Assembly (NCBI GenBank): GCA_964447685.1
Contig: CAYUTI010000003.1
Coordinates: 7,026-71,025 of the forward strand
Length of the DNA: 64,000 nt
Direction: 5' to 3'
Source of the DNA: Candidatus Woesearchaeota archaeon
Lineage (GTDB): Archaea > Nanobdellota > Nanobdellia > SCGC-AAA011-G17 > CAYUTI01
Below the pieces are notes generated by a model. That model made no database searches and was not told where the DNA came from. It saw only the letters and a program-made list of their open reading frames with translations. The number at the start of each line of letters is the position of its first letter. Position 1 is the first letter of the stretch. Below, piece after piece: positions 1-10,279 of this stretch. A program made the translations under genes and the position numbers.

Positions 1-852
1 AGAAGGTGCTACAGAATTTCTTAATTTTTCATAAATTTGTGGATCTTTTGCTAATTTTTGAATTTCTTTCAAATCATTTTTAGATAGTTCAATGTCTTCA
101 AAACTCTCTTGGAGAGGCTCAATAAAATTTACTTCCACAATTAAATCATATCTTGTGGAGATTCCTCCTGTTCTTAATTGAATTGGAAGTTCTTTTATCA
201 TTCCAACTACTCTTACTTTTGAACCGGGAGTGGTTTTCTTTTCTAATTTAGGTTCTACCAAATCTTCTTTTAAGAAAACGGAGATTCTTTTTGGTTGCTC
301 TCCTCCTTCTAAAGCTTCTGGACATTCTTCAACAACTAATCTTTGAGCATCTACTAATTCTTTTGATATTAATCTGAATTTTCCTTTTCTTCCACAGGAA
401 CATCTTGAAGGTTCTTTAAATTTTGTATCTAATTGTAAAACAGAAATAGTATTTCCGCAGGAAGGGCATTCAAATTTTGCAGAAGTTACTTGTGGACGAA
501 CATCTGAAGCTTGTCTAACTAAAGATTCTATTGCAACTAACCGACCTAAGTGAGTAGATCTTATATTTCTGATTAATATCTCTTGAGATTTTGGAAGATT
601 AAACATTCTCACTCTAATCTCTTTAGAATCAGGTATATCAAATTGTTCTATGGATAATTCTGCAGCCCTTAGTGTTTCTTCTGGTTCCTCTAATAATTGT
701 TCTGCTAGATCAGGATCGAATTTTGAGAGTTCTTTGAAATCAATTAGTAAAGATCTTTCTCCCTTCTCTATTAACTCGTGGAGGTTTTCCAAATAGTTAG
801 ACTCTATAAATTCTTGAAATTTCTCTATCTGTTCCTGTGCATCTACTGGCAT
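1..852 (-). CDS. mcm: MCM replicative helicase, N-terminal portion; the CDS continues beyond the window's 5' edge (3' end truncated)
   Basis: Manual translation of the minus strand from ATG at 850-852 gives MPVDAQEQIEKFQEF...CPSCGN...CSCGRKGKF (Zn-finger of the MCM N-domain) with no stops down to position 1. Missing from the ORF track because it is incomplete. Confidence 0.8.
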   Translation of the reverse strand, partial: MPVDAQEQIEKFQEFIESNYLENLHELIEKGERSLLIDFKELSKFDPDLAEQLLEEPEETLRAAELSIEQFDIPDSKEIRVRMFNLPKSQEILIRNIRSTHLGRLVAIESLVRQASDVRPQVTSAKFECPSCGNTISVLQLDTKFKEPSRCSCGRKGKFRLISKELVDAQRLVVEECPEALEGGEQPKRISVFLKEDLVEPKLEKKTTPGSKVRVVGMIKELPIQLRTGGISTRYDLIVEVNFIEPLQESFEDIELSKNDLKEIQKLAKDPQIYEKLRNSVAPS

Positions 853-880
853 AAGCCCCCCCTTTTAAAAATAAAAAAAA

Positions 881-1435
881 TTATTTTTTGCCAACGCCTA
901 GTTTTTTAAGGTTAGCAATCAATTTATCCACTGCTTCGTTTAGTTTGTCCTCAGATCTTGTCCCTGTACAAACAATTTTTCCATTACTGAATAATAAGAA
1001 AGTAGCTCTTGTTCCTGAAAGTTTATAAACTAAACCTGGGAATTGTTCTGGTTCATACTCTGTATTTTCTAGTTCCATTGCTAAGCTGTTTAAGTTTAGG
1101 TCTACACCTATTGAACCTGAAGCAACCATGTTTTGAATATTAATTTTAGGTTTGATTGTTATTTTTAATTTTATTTTGCCTATGTTTTTTATTATAGCTT
1201 GAACTGCTTCTCTAACCTTCCTCATAGATTTTGCACCTGTACAAACAACTTTTCCTGAACTGAAGATTAAAGCTGAAGTTTTTGGTTCTTTTATCCGCAT
1301 TACTAAACCTGGGAATTGTTCTGGATTATATTCAGTATTGGGTAATGCTTCTGCTAGCTTAACTAGCGGAATATCGTGCTCTAAGGATGTTGAGGCTACA
1401 ATATTCTGAATTTTAATTTCTTTCTTAAATGCCAT
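881..1435 (-). CDS. tbp: TATA-box binding protein (two direct repeats)
   Basis: 184 aa with a duplicated TBP fold: repeated EQFPGLV...S.GK.VCTG(A/T) motifs. The TATA-like tttataaa lies ~25 nt upstream (1462-1469). Confidence 0.9.
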   Translation of the reverse strand: MAFKKEIKIQNIVASTSLEHDIPLVKLAEALPNTEYNPEQFPGLVMRIKEPKTSALIFSSGKVVCTGAKSMRKVREAVQAIIKNIGKIKLKITIKPKINIQNMVASGSIGVDLNLNSLAMELENTEYEPEQFPGLVYKLSGTRATFLLFSNGKIVCTGTRSEDKLNEAVDKLIANLKKLGVGKK

Positions 1436-1495
1436 TTTTTAGATGCCCCCTTGATTATTGCTTTATAAATGGGATAGAAAAGTATTTAAAAGTAT

Positions 1496-1837
1496 ATGGT
1501 TGTTTTTGTAACCACTATGGACCTAGGAATAAATTACATATTTATGAAGACCCGACGGAGAAGTGGCTCAGAAGAGTTCTTTTTTAGTAGTTTAAAACTA
1601 ACCCTCCGGAATAGCATGCAGTTTGGTAGGAACAATTTACAAACAAATACTATTGAGAAAGATTATAACAGTCTAGAAGAGTTGGCATCATCTCTTGAAG
1701 AAGGAGATATGATAAGGTATAAAGCCCCCTATGAAATGATGATTGGTGAATGCTTTGTTGATGAAGCCTATGATTTCACTGATGAAAATAAAAAAGAACT
1801 TATCACATTATTGGAACAATCTAAAAGGGCTAGATAA
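1496..1837 (+). CDS. hypothetical small acidic protein
   Basis: 113-aa ORF whose ATG sits 27 nt from the palindromic TATA shared with tbp. No recognisable family. Confidence 0.3.
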   Translation: MVVFVTTMDLGINYIFMKTRRRSGSEEFFFSSLKLTLRNSMQFGRNNLQTNTIEKDYNSLEELASSLEEGDMIRYKAPYEMMIGECFVDEAYDFTDENKKELITLLEQSKRAR

Positions 1838-4800
1838 CATCAAAACCTATTTCAAAGGTCTGATTCTTAATCTTTTCTTTAGATTTATGCTTAGAATCTG
1901 TTATTCTGTTGAATGTTAAATCTTTTGCACCTGTTTTCTCTTTAATTTCTTTTGCTAAAGGTTCTAAATCATAACTTGAACTAATAATTAGTTTGATTTT
2001 TTGTGACTTTTGTAAGCCTGCATCTTTTCTTAATGCTTGAATTCTTCTTGTTAATTCTCTAGCATAACCCTCTTGTTCTAATTCTGGAGTTATAGTTGTA
2101 TTAATATACACAGAACCTCCTCTAAAAATTGAAGACTTTAGGTTTTCTGGAAGAGTTTCTTTAACTATCAAGTGAGCTTCTGTTAATTCGAAATTATCTA
2201 TCCTGGTTTTTCCTGTTTCTTTGATTTCTTCTAAGTTTTCTTTTTTAACTTTTTGTAAAATAAGTGGAGAGTCTTTTTTGAAATCTCTACCTATTGCAGC
2301 ATGATTTAAGGATAATTCTACTTTAGCTTCTTTTAGTTCTCTCTTTGTAATAATGTTCTTGATGTTTGTTTGTTGTTTAATTAAAGGCTCTAAAGATTTC
2401 AAAGCTTGTTGAACTTCTTTTTTCTGAGTAAGAATAGTTGCACTAGATAAAGGCCATCTCACATTAATGTTTGCTTGTTCTCTTGCTGCTAATATTGCTT
2501 GCAGAATATCTTGTAAAATTTGCATTTCTGTCTCTAGTTTTTTATTAATTAATTTTTTATCTTCTTTAGGCCAATCTTCTAAATGGATTGATTCTTTTGA
2601 TAATTTGAAATTTTCTTTTAAATCTTGATACAGTGCTTCTGTGATGAATGGGCAGATTGGTGCGAATAGTTTAATTGTTGTTAATAGAGTAGTGTAAATA
2701 GTATCTAAGACAGTTTGTTTTTCATCTTTTGTTCCTAAAGTTAATTTATCTCTGGTTTGTTGAATATAAGTTCTTGATAATTCTAAGAAAAGTTCTTCTA
2801 TTGGAAGTATTGTTTTATCTATATCATAAGATTCATAAAACTTTGTAGCTTCTTGAATTGTTGAGTTCAATTTTGATAAAATATATTTTTCTTCTAAGTC
2901 TTTTAGTTTTGGTGCTTTGATTATTTTAGGTGTAATCTTGTAAGTTTTTGCTGAATCAATTAAAAAGTTTGAAAGGTTATGTAAGATAGTTAAGTTTCTG
3001 AACTTTAATTGAGCTTCATCCCAACTAAAATTAATATCTTCTCCGGCTTTAGTTTGACACATGTAGTATCTTAAAGTATCTGAACCATATTTATCTATTA
3101 TTTCATAGGGAGAGATTACATTTCCTAGAGATTTAGACATCTTTACTCCTTCAACATCTGTAAGCATTCCGTGCATGAAAACATTTTTGAAACAAGGTTT
3201 ATCAAAAGCTAGATAAGAAGATACCATCAATAAATTAAACCAGCCTCTAACTTGTTCTTTTGCTTCTAAAATAAAGTCTGCTGGGAAGTATTTTTTGAAT
3301 AAATCTTGTCTTTGAGGATAATATAAACAATTCCAAGATGCTGTTCCTGCATCAATCCAAACATCTAAAATATCAGGTAATCTTTTCTTTGTTCCTGAAC
3401 ATTTTTCACACTTGAATGTTATTTTATCTATCCAAGGTTTGTGGAGATTTTCTGGAACTTTTCCTGCTAGTTTTTCTAATTCTTCTTTTGAACCTATTAC
3501 AGTAATATCTTTACATGATTCACATTTCCAAATAGGTAAAGGTGTGCCCCAAAATCTCTGTTTGGTAATAGAATTATCTCTTAAATTTTTTAACCATGAA
3601 TCAAATGCATTTTTACCTGCTTCTGGAACCCAATGGATCTTTTCATTTGCTTTAACCATCTTATCCTTCATATCTTCAACTTTGAAGAACCATTGTTTTG
3701 TTGTTCTGAAGATAACGGGTTCATGACATCTCTCACAATGAGGATATTCGTGTTCTACAGGAGTTGTTTCAATTAGAACTTTTGATTTCTTAAGTTCCTC
3801 AATAAAGAAAGCATCGTCTTTTTTTGCTCTTTTTCCAGCAAATTGAGCCATGTTTTCTGGGAAAATTCCTTTTTGTGATAAATTGTTATAAGCAGGAATA
3901 TTATTTCTATGACCCACTTCATAATCTTCTGGTCCACAACCTGGTGCACAATGAACTAATCCGGTTCCTGCAGATGTATCTACATATTCTTCTGAAAGAA
4001 TGACTGTATGAACCTTTGGATGTTTAGCTTTTAATTTTTTATAATCTTCTAAAGGCCAGAAGTGCTCATATTCTAAACCTTCTAAAGTTTCTCCTTTGAA
4101 CTCTTTTGTAATTTTTAAAGTTTTATTTGCTACAGCCTGAACCACAGGTGCTGCTAAAGCTTTTGATAATATCCAAATTTCTCCTTCAACATCTGCTTCA
4201 ACATAATCTAATTCAGGATTTACCATAATTGCTAGATTATAGGGTAATGTCCAAGGGGTAGTTGTCCAAATGATTAGGAATTTATTTTTTGAATCTTTTA
4301 CTTTGAATTTTACAAAAACTGAAGGCTCTTCTACTGTTTTATATTCTTGTTCATGTTTTGCTAAAGCAGTTTCGCAATGTGCACACCAGGATAATGTTCT
4401 TTTTCCTTCGTATAATCTATTTTTTTTATGTGCTTGTTTGATTAACCACCATTCACCTTCGATATAATCATTATCAATTGGATGATAAGCATTTTCGAAA
4501 TCCATCCAGATCCCTAACTTTGTTAAATCTTCATCCATTAGTTTAGCTTTTTCCTTTGAGAATTTTACACATTCTTTTACGAATTTATCTAAACCAAATT
4601 TTTCAATATCTTTTTTGGTCTCTAGTTTAAATTGTGCTTGAACTTTATGGGCTGTTGGTAATCCATGCATATCATAACCTGCTCGGTCCCAAACATTGAA
4701 TTTATTCATTCTCTTATATCTAAGGATTATATCTTTTGCAGAGTTGTTCCAAGCATGACCCATGTGTAACCGTCCTGATGTGTAAGGTGGACCTTGTAAG

Positions 4801-4901
4801 AAATAGAAGGTTTTTCCCTTTGGATTATTAGCTTTCTCTCTAAGTTTATTCTTTTTCCAAAATTCTAGGATTTCTTTTTCTTTAGTTTTAAAGTCATACA
4901 T
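1830..4901 (-). CDS. ileS: isoleucyl-tRNA synthetase
   Basis: 1023 aa, class I HMGH and KMSKS motifs, Zn-binding Cys clusters, IleRS-like editing and anticodon-binding architecture. Confidence 0.95.
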   Translation of the reverse strand: MYDFKTKEKEILEFWKKNKLREKANNPKGKTFYFLQGPPYTSGRLHMGHAWNNSAKDIILRYKRMNKFNVWDRAGYDMHGLPTAHKVQAQFKLETKKDIEKFGLDKFVKECVKFSKEKAKLMDEDLTKLGIWMDFENAYHPIDNDYIEGEWWLIKQAHKKNRLYEGKRTLSWCAHCETALAKHEQEYKTVEEPSVFVKFKVKDSKNKFLIIWTTTPWTLPYNLAIMVNPELDYVEADVEGEIWILSKALAAPVVQAVANKTLKITKEFKGETLEGLEYEHFWPLEDYKKLKAKHPKVHTVILSEEYVDTSAGTGLVHCAPGCGPEDYEVGHRNNIPAYNNLSQKGIFPENMAQFAGKRAKKDDAFFIEELKKSKVLIETTPVEHEYPHCERCHEPVIFRTTKQWFFKVEDMKDKMVKANEKIHWVPEAGKNAFDSWLKNLRDNSITKQRFWGTPLPIWKCESCKDITVIGSKEELEKLAGKVPENLHKPWIDKITFKCEKCSGTKKRLPDILDVWIDAGTASWNCLYYPQRQDLFKKYFPADFILEAKEQVRGWFNLLMVSSYLAFDKPCFKNVFMHGMLTDVEGVKMSKSLGNVISPYEIIDKYGSDTLRYYMCQTKAGEDINFSWDEAQLKFRNLTILHNLSNFLIDSAKTYKITPKIIKAPKLKDLEEKYILSKLNSTIQEATKFYESYDIDKTILPIEELFLELSRTYIQQTRDKLTLGTKDEKQTVLDTIYTTLLTTIKLFAPICPFITEALYQDLKENFKLSKESIHLEDWPKEDKKLINKKLETEMQILQDILQAILAAREQANINVRWPLSSATILTQKKEVQQALKSLEPLIKQQTNIKNIITKRELKEAKVELSLNHAAIGRDFKKDSPLILQKVKKENLEEIKETGKTRIDNFELTEAHLIVKETLPENLKSSIFRGGSVYINTTITPELEQEGYARELTRRIQALRKDAGLQKSQKIKLIISSSYDLEPLAKEIKEKTGAKDLTFNRITDSKHKSKEKIKNQTFEIGFDVI

Positions 4902-4906
4902 TGTTT

Positions 4907-5329
4907 TTAATTTCCCTTTTTATTCTTTTTATAGTTTTTGGAATTCCAGATTGCTAAATACGCTGCTGCTTGGAGAGCTTTTGTTTCTGTATCATACTCA
5001 AGATCATTTGAAGTAGATCTCACCTTAAAAGAAAAAGTTCTATTTTTTAAAGTTAAGGTAGAAGTTTTTCTAGATGAATCTTTTTCTGTTGAAGCACTTA
5101 CAAAGGTTAAGTAGGAGATATCATAAAAAGGTTTAATTTTATTAACATAAGATTCCCACCTTGATTTAGGATCTTTCCCTTCTATTAGGATTACATCATT
5201 CTGTCCAGGAAAACTAATTGGAAGGCCATATACAGTAAAGGGTTCATAATCATCTATCCACAAAGGTCTTGTAGCCCAGACTAAATCTGTTCCTTCTACA
5301 ATATTTTTCAAGGTTTTTCGCTCTTTCAT
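4907..5329 (-). CDS. hypothetical protein, co-oriented 5 bp upstream of ileS
   Basis: 140-aa ORF in an AT-rich genome (a long ORF is unlikely to be spurious). No family recognised. Confidence 0.4.
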   Translation of the reverse strand: MKERKTLKNIVEGTDLVWATRPLWIDDYEPFTVYGLPISFPGQNDVILIEGKDPKSRWESYVNKIKPFYDISYLTFVSASTEKDSSRKTSTLTLKNRTFSFKVRSTSNDLEYDTETKALQAAAYLAIWNSKNYKKNKKGN

Positions 5330-5567
5330 TTTAAAGTCTCCTTTCTAGTTTTTTAGTTGCTGAATCTAGAAAAAACAGATCCAGCTTATTGAATAATTAT
5401 AATAATAGCTAAGGAAATTATACTAAAAATTATATTTTTTGTCTTAGCCATAGTAATTTTTTGGATTATTGGTTATTTAAATATTTCGAAAAACTTTATA
5501 TAGGGTAAAATATGGTTAAAAGGGGTGTTTAAAGCACAATTTAAATAAATTATGGAGATTGATAAAT

Positions 5568-5843
5568 ATGAGTGAATATGGAAATGAGTCTTTCGAGGCT
5601 CCTGTTAAAGAAGGTGATGAAGTAGAAGTAAAGATTGAAGCTGTTGGCGAAAAGGGCGATGGAATTGCAAAGATTAACGGATTTGTGATATTTGTTCCTA
5701 ATACTAAAGAAGGAGAAACTGTTAGGGTTAGGATTACTAAGGTTCTAAGAAAAGTAGGTTTTGCTGAGGTTGTTGGCCAAGGGAATTATGAAGAGAGCCA
5801 AGAAGCACCTGCTGAGGAAGTTCAAGATTCTGAAGAATTTTAG
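5568..5843 (+). CDS. TRAM-domain nucleic-acid-binding protein
   Basis: GDEVEVKIEAVGEKGDGIAKINGFVIFVPNTKEGETVRVRITKV matches the archaeal stand-alone TRAM fold. The track ORF starts at TTG 5559; ATG 5568 is more likely. BRE/TATA aaactttatata at ~5492-5503. Confidence 0.7.
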   Translation: MSEYGNESFEAPVKEGDEVEVKIEAVGEKGDGIAKINGFVIFVPNTKEGETVRVRITKVLRKVGFAEVVGQGNYEESQEAPAEEVQDSEEF

Positions 5844-5920
5844 GAATTTTCTTATATTTTTTTCTTTTTATATCTTATACCATATAAATGTATATAAATC
5901 TTGTAAATAGTCAAAAGAGT

Positions 5921-6871
5921 ATGGAAAGTTCTCAGATTTGGACTGAAAAGTATAGACCTAATACTTTTGAAGAGGTTAAGGGCCAGAAAAAGATAGTTAA
6001 GAGAGTGAAAGCTTTCGTAGATAAGAAGAACTTGCCTCATTTACTGTTTGCAGGCCCTGCAGGAATTGGTAAAACTACTTTATCTTTAGTTATTGCTAAA
6101 CAATTGTTTGGAGAGGGATGGAGAAATAATTTCTTAGAATTAAATGCTTCTGATGAAAGAGGAATTGATATTGTGAGAGGTTCTATTAAGGATTTTGCTA
6201 GAACTAGAGCGATGGGTAATGTGCCTTTTAAAATAATTTATCTAGATGAGTGCGATTCTTTAACAAAAGAAGCTCAACAAGCTTTGAGGAGAACAATGGA
6301 AAACTTTTCTGGTTCGTGTAGATTTATTTTAAGTTGTAATTTTAGTTCTAAAATAATTGATCCTATTCAAAGTAGATGTACTGTATTTAGGTTTAAACCT
6401 TTATTAGAGGAAGAGGTTTATGATATAATTAATAATATTATAAGAAAAGAAGGAGTTAATATTGATGAAGCAGGTAAAAAAGCTTTGTTTGAAGTTTCTA
6501 ATGGTGATGGTAGAAGAATTGTTAACATTATGCAAAGTTGCTCTGTATTAAGTGATAAGATTGATGAAAATCTGATTTATGAAGTTGTTAGTGCTGCAAG
6601 ACCTAAAGAAGTTAAAGAGGTTTTAGGATTAGCAGTTAAAGGAGATTTCCTCGGTTCTAAAAAACTATTGCTTGATACAATGTTAAAACATGGTCTTAGT
6701 GGGATTGATATAATTAAACAAATCCAAAAAGAAATAGTTGAATTAGATGTAGATGATGATAAAAAAGTAGAGATGGTTGAAAAGTGTGGTGAGATTGAGT
6801 TTAGAATGGTTGAGGGTTCTGACGAATTTGTTCAATTGGAGGCCTTGATAGCAAATTTTTGTAAAAGATGA
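5921..6871 (+). CDS. rfcS: replication factor C small subunit
   Basis: WTEKYRP, Walker A GPAGIGKTT, DECD (YLDECDSL), SRC motif (SRCTVFRF). Confidence 0.9.
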   Translation: MESSQIWTEKYRPNTFEEVKGQKKIVKRVKAFVDKKNLPHLLFAGPAGIGKTTLSLVIAKQLFGEGWRNNFLELNASDERGIDIVRGSIKDFARTRAMGNVPFKIIYLDECDSLTKEAQQALRRTMENFSGSCRFILSCNFSSKIIDPIQSRCTVFRFKPLLEEEVYDIINNIIRKEGVNIDEAGKKALFEVSNGDGRRIVNIMQSCSVLSDKIDENLIYEVVSAARPKEVKEVLGLAVKGDFLGSKKLLLDTMLKHGLSGIDIIKQIQKEIVELDVDDDKKVEMVEKCGEIEFRMVEGSDEFVQLEALIANFCKR

Positions 6872-8076
6872 AATTTTTTGAAAGATTTAAGAAGAAAAGA
6901 GAAGGAGAAACAATTGATATAGGAGAATTATCTAATTGGGTTATTGAAAATAGTGAGTTAGGAGATAATTATAAGAGAGTTCTTGGTTTGTTTACAGAAA
7001 TAGAAGAACTAAAAAAAGAAATTAATGAAAAATTAAGAGTTCTTGGAGAGGTGCCTGTTAGTGTAAGAGAAGGAGAAAAAAGATTAAGAGTGTTAGTTGA
7101 AGGTAATAGAGACAATTATATTAGAGTTATGGGAAGTTTCTTAGCTAATATTACTCTACCTAGAACAATAGAAGGTGCTTTAAATTTTTGTCAAGGGATG
7201 GAAGCAGAACTTGGTGAGATGAGCAAAAAAACTTCTAGAAATTTTTATGTTATGCAAAATTTAATTGGAAATGAATTAGTAAGTATCACAAGGGATGTTA
7301 AAAAAATGGATGAATTAGTCAAAGAAGTTAGAAATATCCTTGAAGATGAAAAACTACAAAGGATTGAAGAGATTAATTCTAAAATAAAAAGCTATAGAGA
7401 AAGTGATCTAAATAATGAGAATGTAGAAGAGTTAGAAGCGGAGAGAAAGGAATTGATGACTAAGAAAGAAGGTTTAAGTTATAGTATTGAAGATATTAAA
7501 GAAAGTGACGATTATAAAGTATTAGTTAATTTGAATATGAAACTTGAAAAGGCTAAGAAAGATTTGATAAAATCAGAAGGGGAGATTAGGAATTTGTTTG
7601 GACATTTAGAAAGACCCCTTAAGAAATTTGAAAGAATGTATGAAGGGGATATTTTAAAATTCTATTTAGAAGATGTTGTTACTGGACTAGTGAGGGATAA
7701 TCAATTCTTGATCCTAGGAGTATTACAATCTTTGAAAGAAAAAATTGGAAGATTGGCTTTGAAGGATTCTGATAAAGTTTTAAGAGTGATTGCAGAAATA
7801 AGAAAAGATAAACTTCTTGCACTGAGGAAAGAATATATTGATCTCCAAATTAGAATTAAAGATTTAGAAGAACAAATTAGGGTTAATGATGTTGAAGATA
7901 GAATAAGAAAAAAAGAGAATGAATTAAGTTTGATTGATATACAAATCTCTGAAGTTAATAAGAGGATAAAGGGTTCTTCTAAAGTAGATAAAGAGGAATT
8001 ACTTAGAAGTTTAGAGGATGATGTTCTAAATTTGACAAAGATAGAGGTTGTTATACAAGATGCAATGGGTGGATAA
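6868..8076 (+). CDS. coiled-coil protein of unknown function, inserted between the RFC subunit genes
   Basis: 402 aa, highly charged heptad-rich sequence. Start overlaps the rfcS stop (ATGA) and its end overlaps rfcL. Confidence 0.5.
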   Translation: MKFFERFKKKREGETIDIGELSNWVIENSELGDNYKRVLGLFTEIEELKKEINEKLRVLGEVPVSVREGEKRLRVLVEGNRDNYIRVMGSFLANITLPRTIEGALNFCQGMEAELGEMSKKTSRNFYVMQNLIGNELVSITRDVKKMDELVKEVRNILEDEKLQRIEEINSKIKSYRESDLNNENVEELEAERKELMTKKEGLSYSIEDIKESDDYKVLVNLNMKLEKAKKDLIKSEGEIRNLFGHLERPLKKFERMYEGDILKFYLEDVVTGLVRDNQFLILGVLQSLKEKIGRLALKDSDKVLRVIAEIRKDKLLALRKEYIDLQIRIKDLEEQIRVNDVEDRIRKKENELSLIDIQISEVNKRIKGSSKVDKEELLRSLEDDVLNLTKIEVVIQDAMGG

Positions 8077-9223
8077 ATATAAGCCAAAAAAATCTTCTGA
8101 AATACAAGGCCAAGATACTCCTATAAGAAAATTACGTCATTTTTTAGAGGGTGGAAAAGGTGGTGCAATTATTTATGGTGCAGTTGGAAATGGTAAGAGT
8201 TCTTCTGTTTATGCATTAGCTAAAGAGCTGAATCGGGAAGTTTTAGAAGTTAATGCTTCAGATGTCAGAAATAAAGACGGAATAAATAGCGTTGTTGGAG
8301 AGGGAAGTAAGCAAATGAGTTTATTTGGTCGTAATAAAGTGATTCTAGTTGACGAAGTGGATAGTTTAAGTGGAAAAGATAGAGGGGGTGTACAAGCTTT
8401 AACTGCATTAATTAAAGATAGTGGATGGCCTATTGTGTTTACTGCTAATGACCCATGGGATTCTAAATTAAATTCTCTAAGAAAAGAATGTTTAATGATT
8501 GAATTTGGAACTTTAAATTATTTATCAGTATTCAATGTTTTAAAGAGAATAGCCAATGAAGAAGGAATTAGTTTTAATGATGGAAGTTTAAAAACTCTTG
8601 CTAGAAGAAGTAATGGTGATCTTAGAGCTGCAATAAATGACTTACAATGTTTGGGGCATGAAGGTAATGTTGATGATTTAGAAATTGATGATAGGGAGAT
8701 TAAGGAGGGAGTATTTAATGTTTTAAAAGTAATCCTTAAGAGCAGAAGTATTTTTGATAGTTTGAATATTACTGATAAGAGCGAAGTTGAACTAGATGAA
8801 TTATTCTTGTGGTTGGAAGAAAATATTGGTTATGAGTATAGGAATGGAGCGGATGTTAGTAAGGGTTATGATATGTTAAGTAAAGCTGATGTTTTTAGGG
8901 GCCGTATTCGTAGATGGCAATATTGGAGATTTTTAGTTTACCAAAAATTTTTAATGAGTGCGGGTGTAAGTCTAAGTAAAAAAGAGAGATATTCTGGATT
9001 TTTTACATATAAGAGAAATACTAGAATCCTTAGTTTGTGGCAAGCTAATATGAAATATGCTAAACGAAAATTAATTGCTGAAAAATTAGGTGAAAAAACC
9101 CATTTGGGTGTGAAGAAAGCGGTTCAAGAATTAGGATATTTAAAATACGCAATTATTAAAAACCCTGAAATAGCTAAAGAATTAGAATTAAGTAATGAAG
9201 AAATTGAATGGTTAAAGAAGTGA
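8060..9223 (+). CDS. rfcL: replication factor C large subunit
   Basis: MQWVDKYKPK..., Walker A GAVGNGKSS, DEVD box, RFC-large C-terminal region. Confidence 0.85.
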   Translation: MQWVDKYKPKKSSEIQGQDTPIRKLRHFLEGGKGGAIIYGAVGNGKSSSVYALAKELNREVLEVNASDVRNKDGINSVVGEGSKQMSLFGRNKVILVDEVDSLSGKDRGGVQALTALIKDSGWPIVFTANDPWDSKLNSLRKECLMIEFGTLNYLSVFNVLKRIANEEGISFNDGSLKTLARRSNGDLRAAINDLQCLGHEGNVDDLEIDDREIKEGVFNVLKVILKSRSIFDSLNITDKSEVELDELFLWLEENIGYEYRNGADVSKGYDMLSKADVFRGRIRRWQYWRFLVYQKFLMSAGVSLSKKERYSGFFTYKRNTRILSLWQANMKYAKRKLIAEKLGEKTHLGVKKAVQELGYLKYAIIKNPEIAKELELSNEEIEWLKK

Positions 9224-9230
9224 AGACAAA

Positions 9231-9416
9231 ATGGCAGAAGGAAAAGAAGAAAGGGTTAGATACCCTCAACCCCAAAGCATTGAATTGCTTGAAATTTTTT
9301 ATAGCAACCCTTTATTAACCGACAAAGAGGTAGAAAGAGCTCATGGAAGAATGAAGCATGAAGCAAAGTATGGTTGTAGAGAGCCAGAACCTGAAGAAGA
9401 TTTACATATCTCTTAA
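9231..9416 (+). CDS. hypothetical small protein
   Basis: 61-aa ORF directly after rfcL, convergent with htpX. No homology recognised. Confidence 0.25.
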   Translation: MAEGKEERVRYPQPQSIELLEIFYSNPLLTDKEVERAHGRMKHEAKYGCREPEPEEDLHIS

Positions 9417-10277
9417 TTTTTTAATTCTTTGATCTATTGGCGGGTGAGTTGAAAACATAGTTGCTGTAAAACCTTTTAGAGGATTTGAAATATATAGGTG
9501 TGCTGTTGCTCCTGAAGCAGTTTTCAAAGGAGTTTGATCATTTTTTATTTTTTCTAGTGCTGAAGCTAAACCTGGTGGATATCTTGTTAACATAGCACCT
9601 GAAGAATCAGCTAAGTATTCTCTTCTTCTTGATATTGCAAATTTAATCATTTGAGCTATGAATGGTGAAAGTATAATAAAGATGATACCTACTGCTGCAC
9701 CTATGACTTGTGCTTGATTCATTTCTCTTTTTCTTCCTGCACCACCCCATAAGAAAGATCTAAATGCAAAATTTCCTAGGATTACTACTGCACCAACTAA
9801 AACTGCAACTAACATCATTAATCTGGTATCATAATTTTTAATGTGAGACATCTCATGAGCTACTACTCCTTCTAGTTCTTGTCTATTAAGTTTTTCTAAA
9901 GCTCCTTGAGTTACTGCTAGAGAAGAGTTTTCTGGATCTTTTCCAGTTACAAATGCATTTATTGCCATGCTTGGGATTACGTAAACTTTTGGTTTAGGCA
10001 CTCCTGCTGCAATTGATAAACCATCTACTAAATGAAACAAATAAGGATGATCCTCTTTTTCTAGAGGTTTTGCTCCTGAAGCTGAAAGGACTATTTTATC
10101 TCCTTTGTAGTAACCTGTTAAAGTCATGACTAATGCAAGGATTAAAGCCAGTATCATTCCTAAAATTCCGTATTGAAAGATATAACTAATAGCGTAACCT
10201 AAAGCGATTATAAATATAAAAAATACAAAGATAAGGAGATAACTCCTCCTCTTATTTGAAGCAATTTGTTGATACAT
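9402..10277 (-). CDS. htpX: HtpX-family M48 zinc metalloprotease (membrane)
   Basis: HEMSHIKNYD HExxH motif, N-terminal TM helices, typical HtpX length (291 aa). Confidence 0.85.
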   Translation of the reverse strand: MYQQIASNKRRSYLLIFVFFIFIIALGYAISYIFQYGILGMILALILALVMTLTGYYKGDKIVLSASGAKPLEKEDHPYLFHLVDGLSIAAGVPKPKVYVIPSMAINAFVTGKDPENSSLAVTQGALEKLNRQELEGVVAHEMSHIKNYDTRLMMLVAVLVGAVVILGNFAFRSFLWGGAGRKREMNQAQVIGAAVGIIFIILSPFIAQMIKFAISRRREYLADSSGAMLTRYPPGLASALEKIKNDQTPLKTASGATAHLYISNPLKGFTATMFSTHPPIDQRIKKLRDM

Positions 10278-10279
10278 GA

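Noticed and set aside
3412-3726. Plus-strand ORFs (3412-3726, 4270-4467) inside ileS
   Set aside because: They are antisense to a well-supported 1023-aa IleRS CDS, and their low-complexity translations are typical of shadow ORFs.
7701-8087. Minus-strand 128-aa ORF overlapping the coiled-coil gene and the rfcL start
   Set aside because: Antisense shadow of a long sense ORF; Ser/Leu/Ile-rich low-complexity translation.
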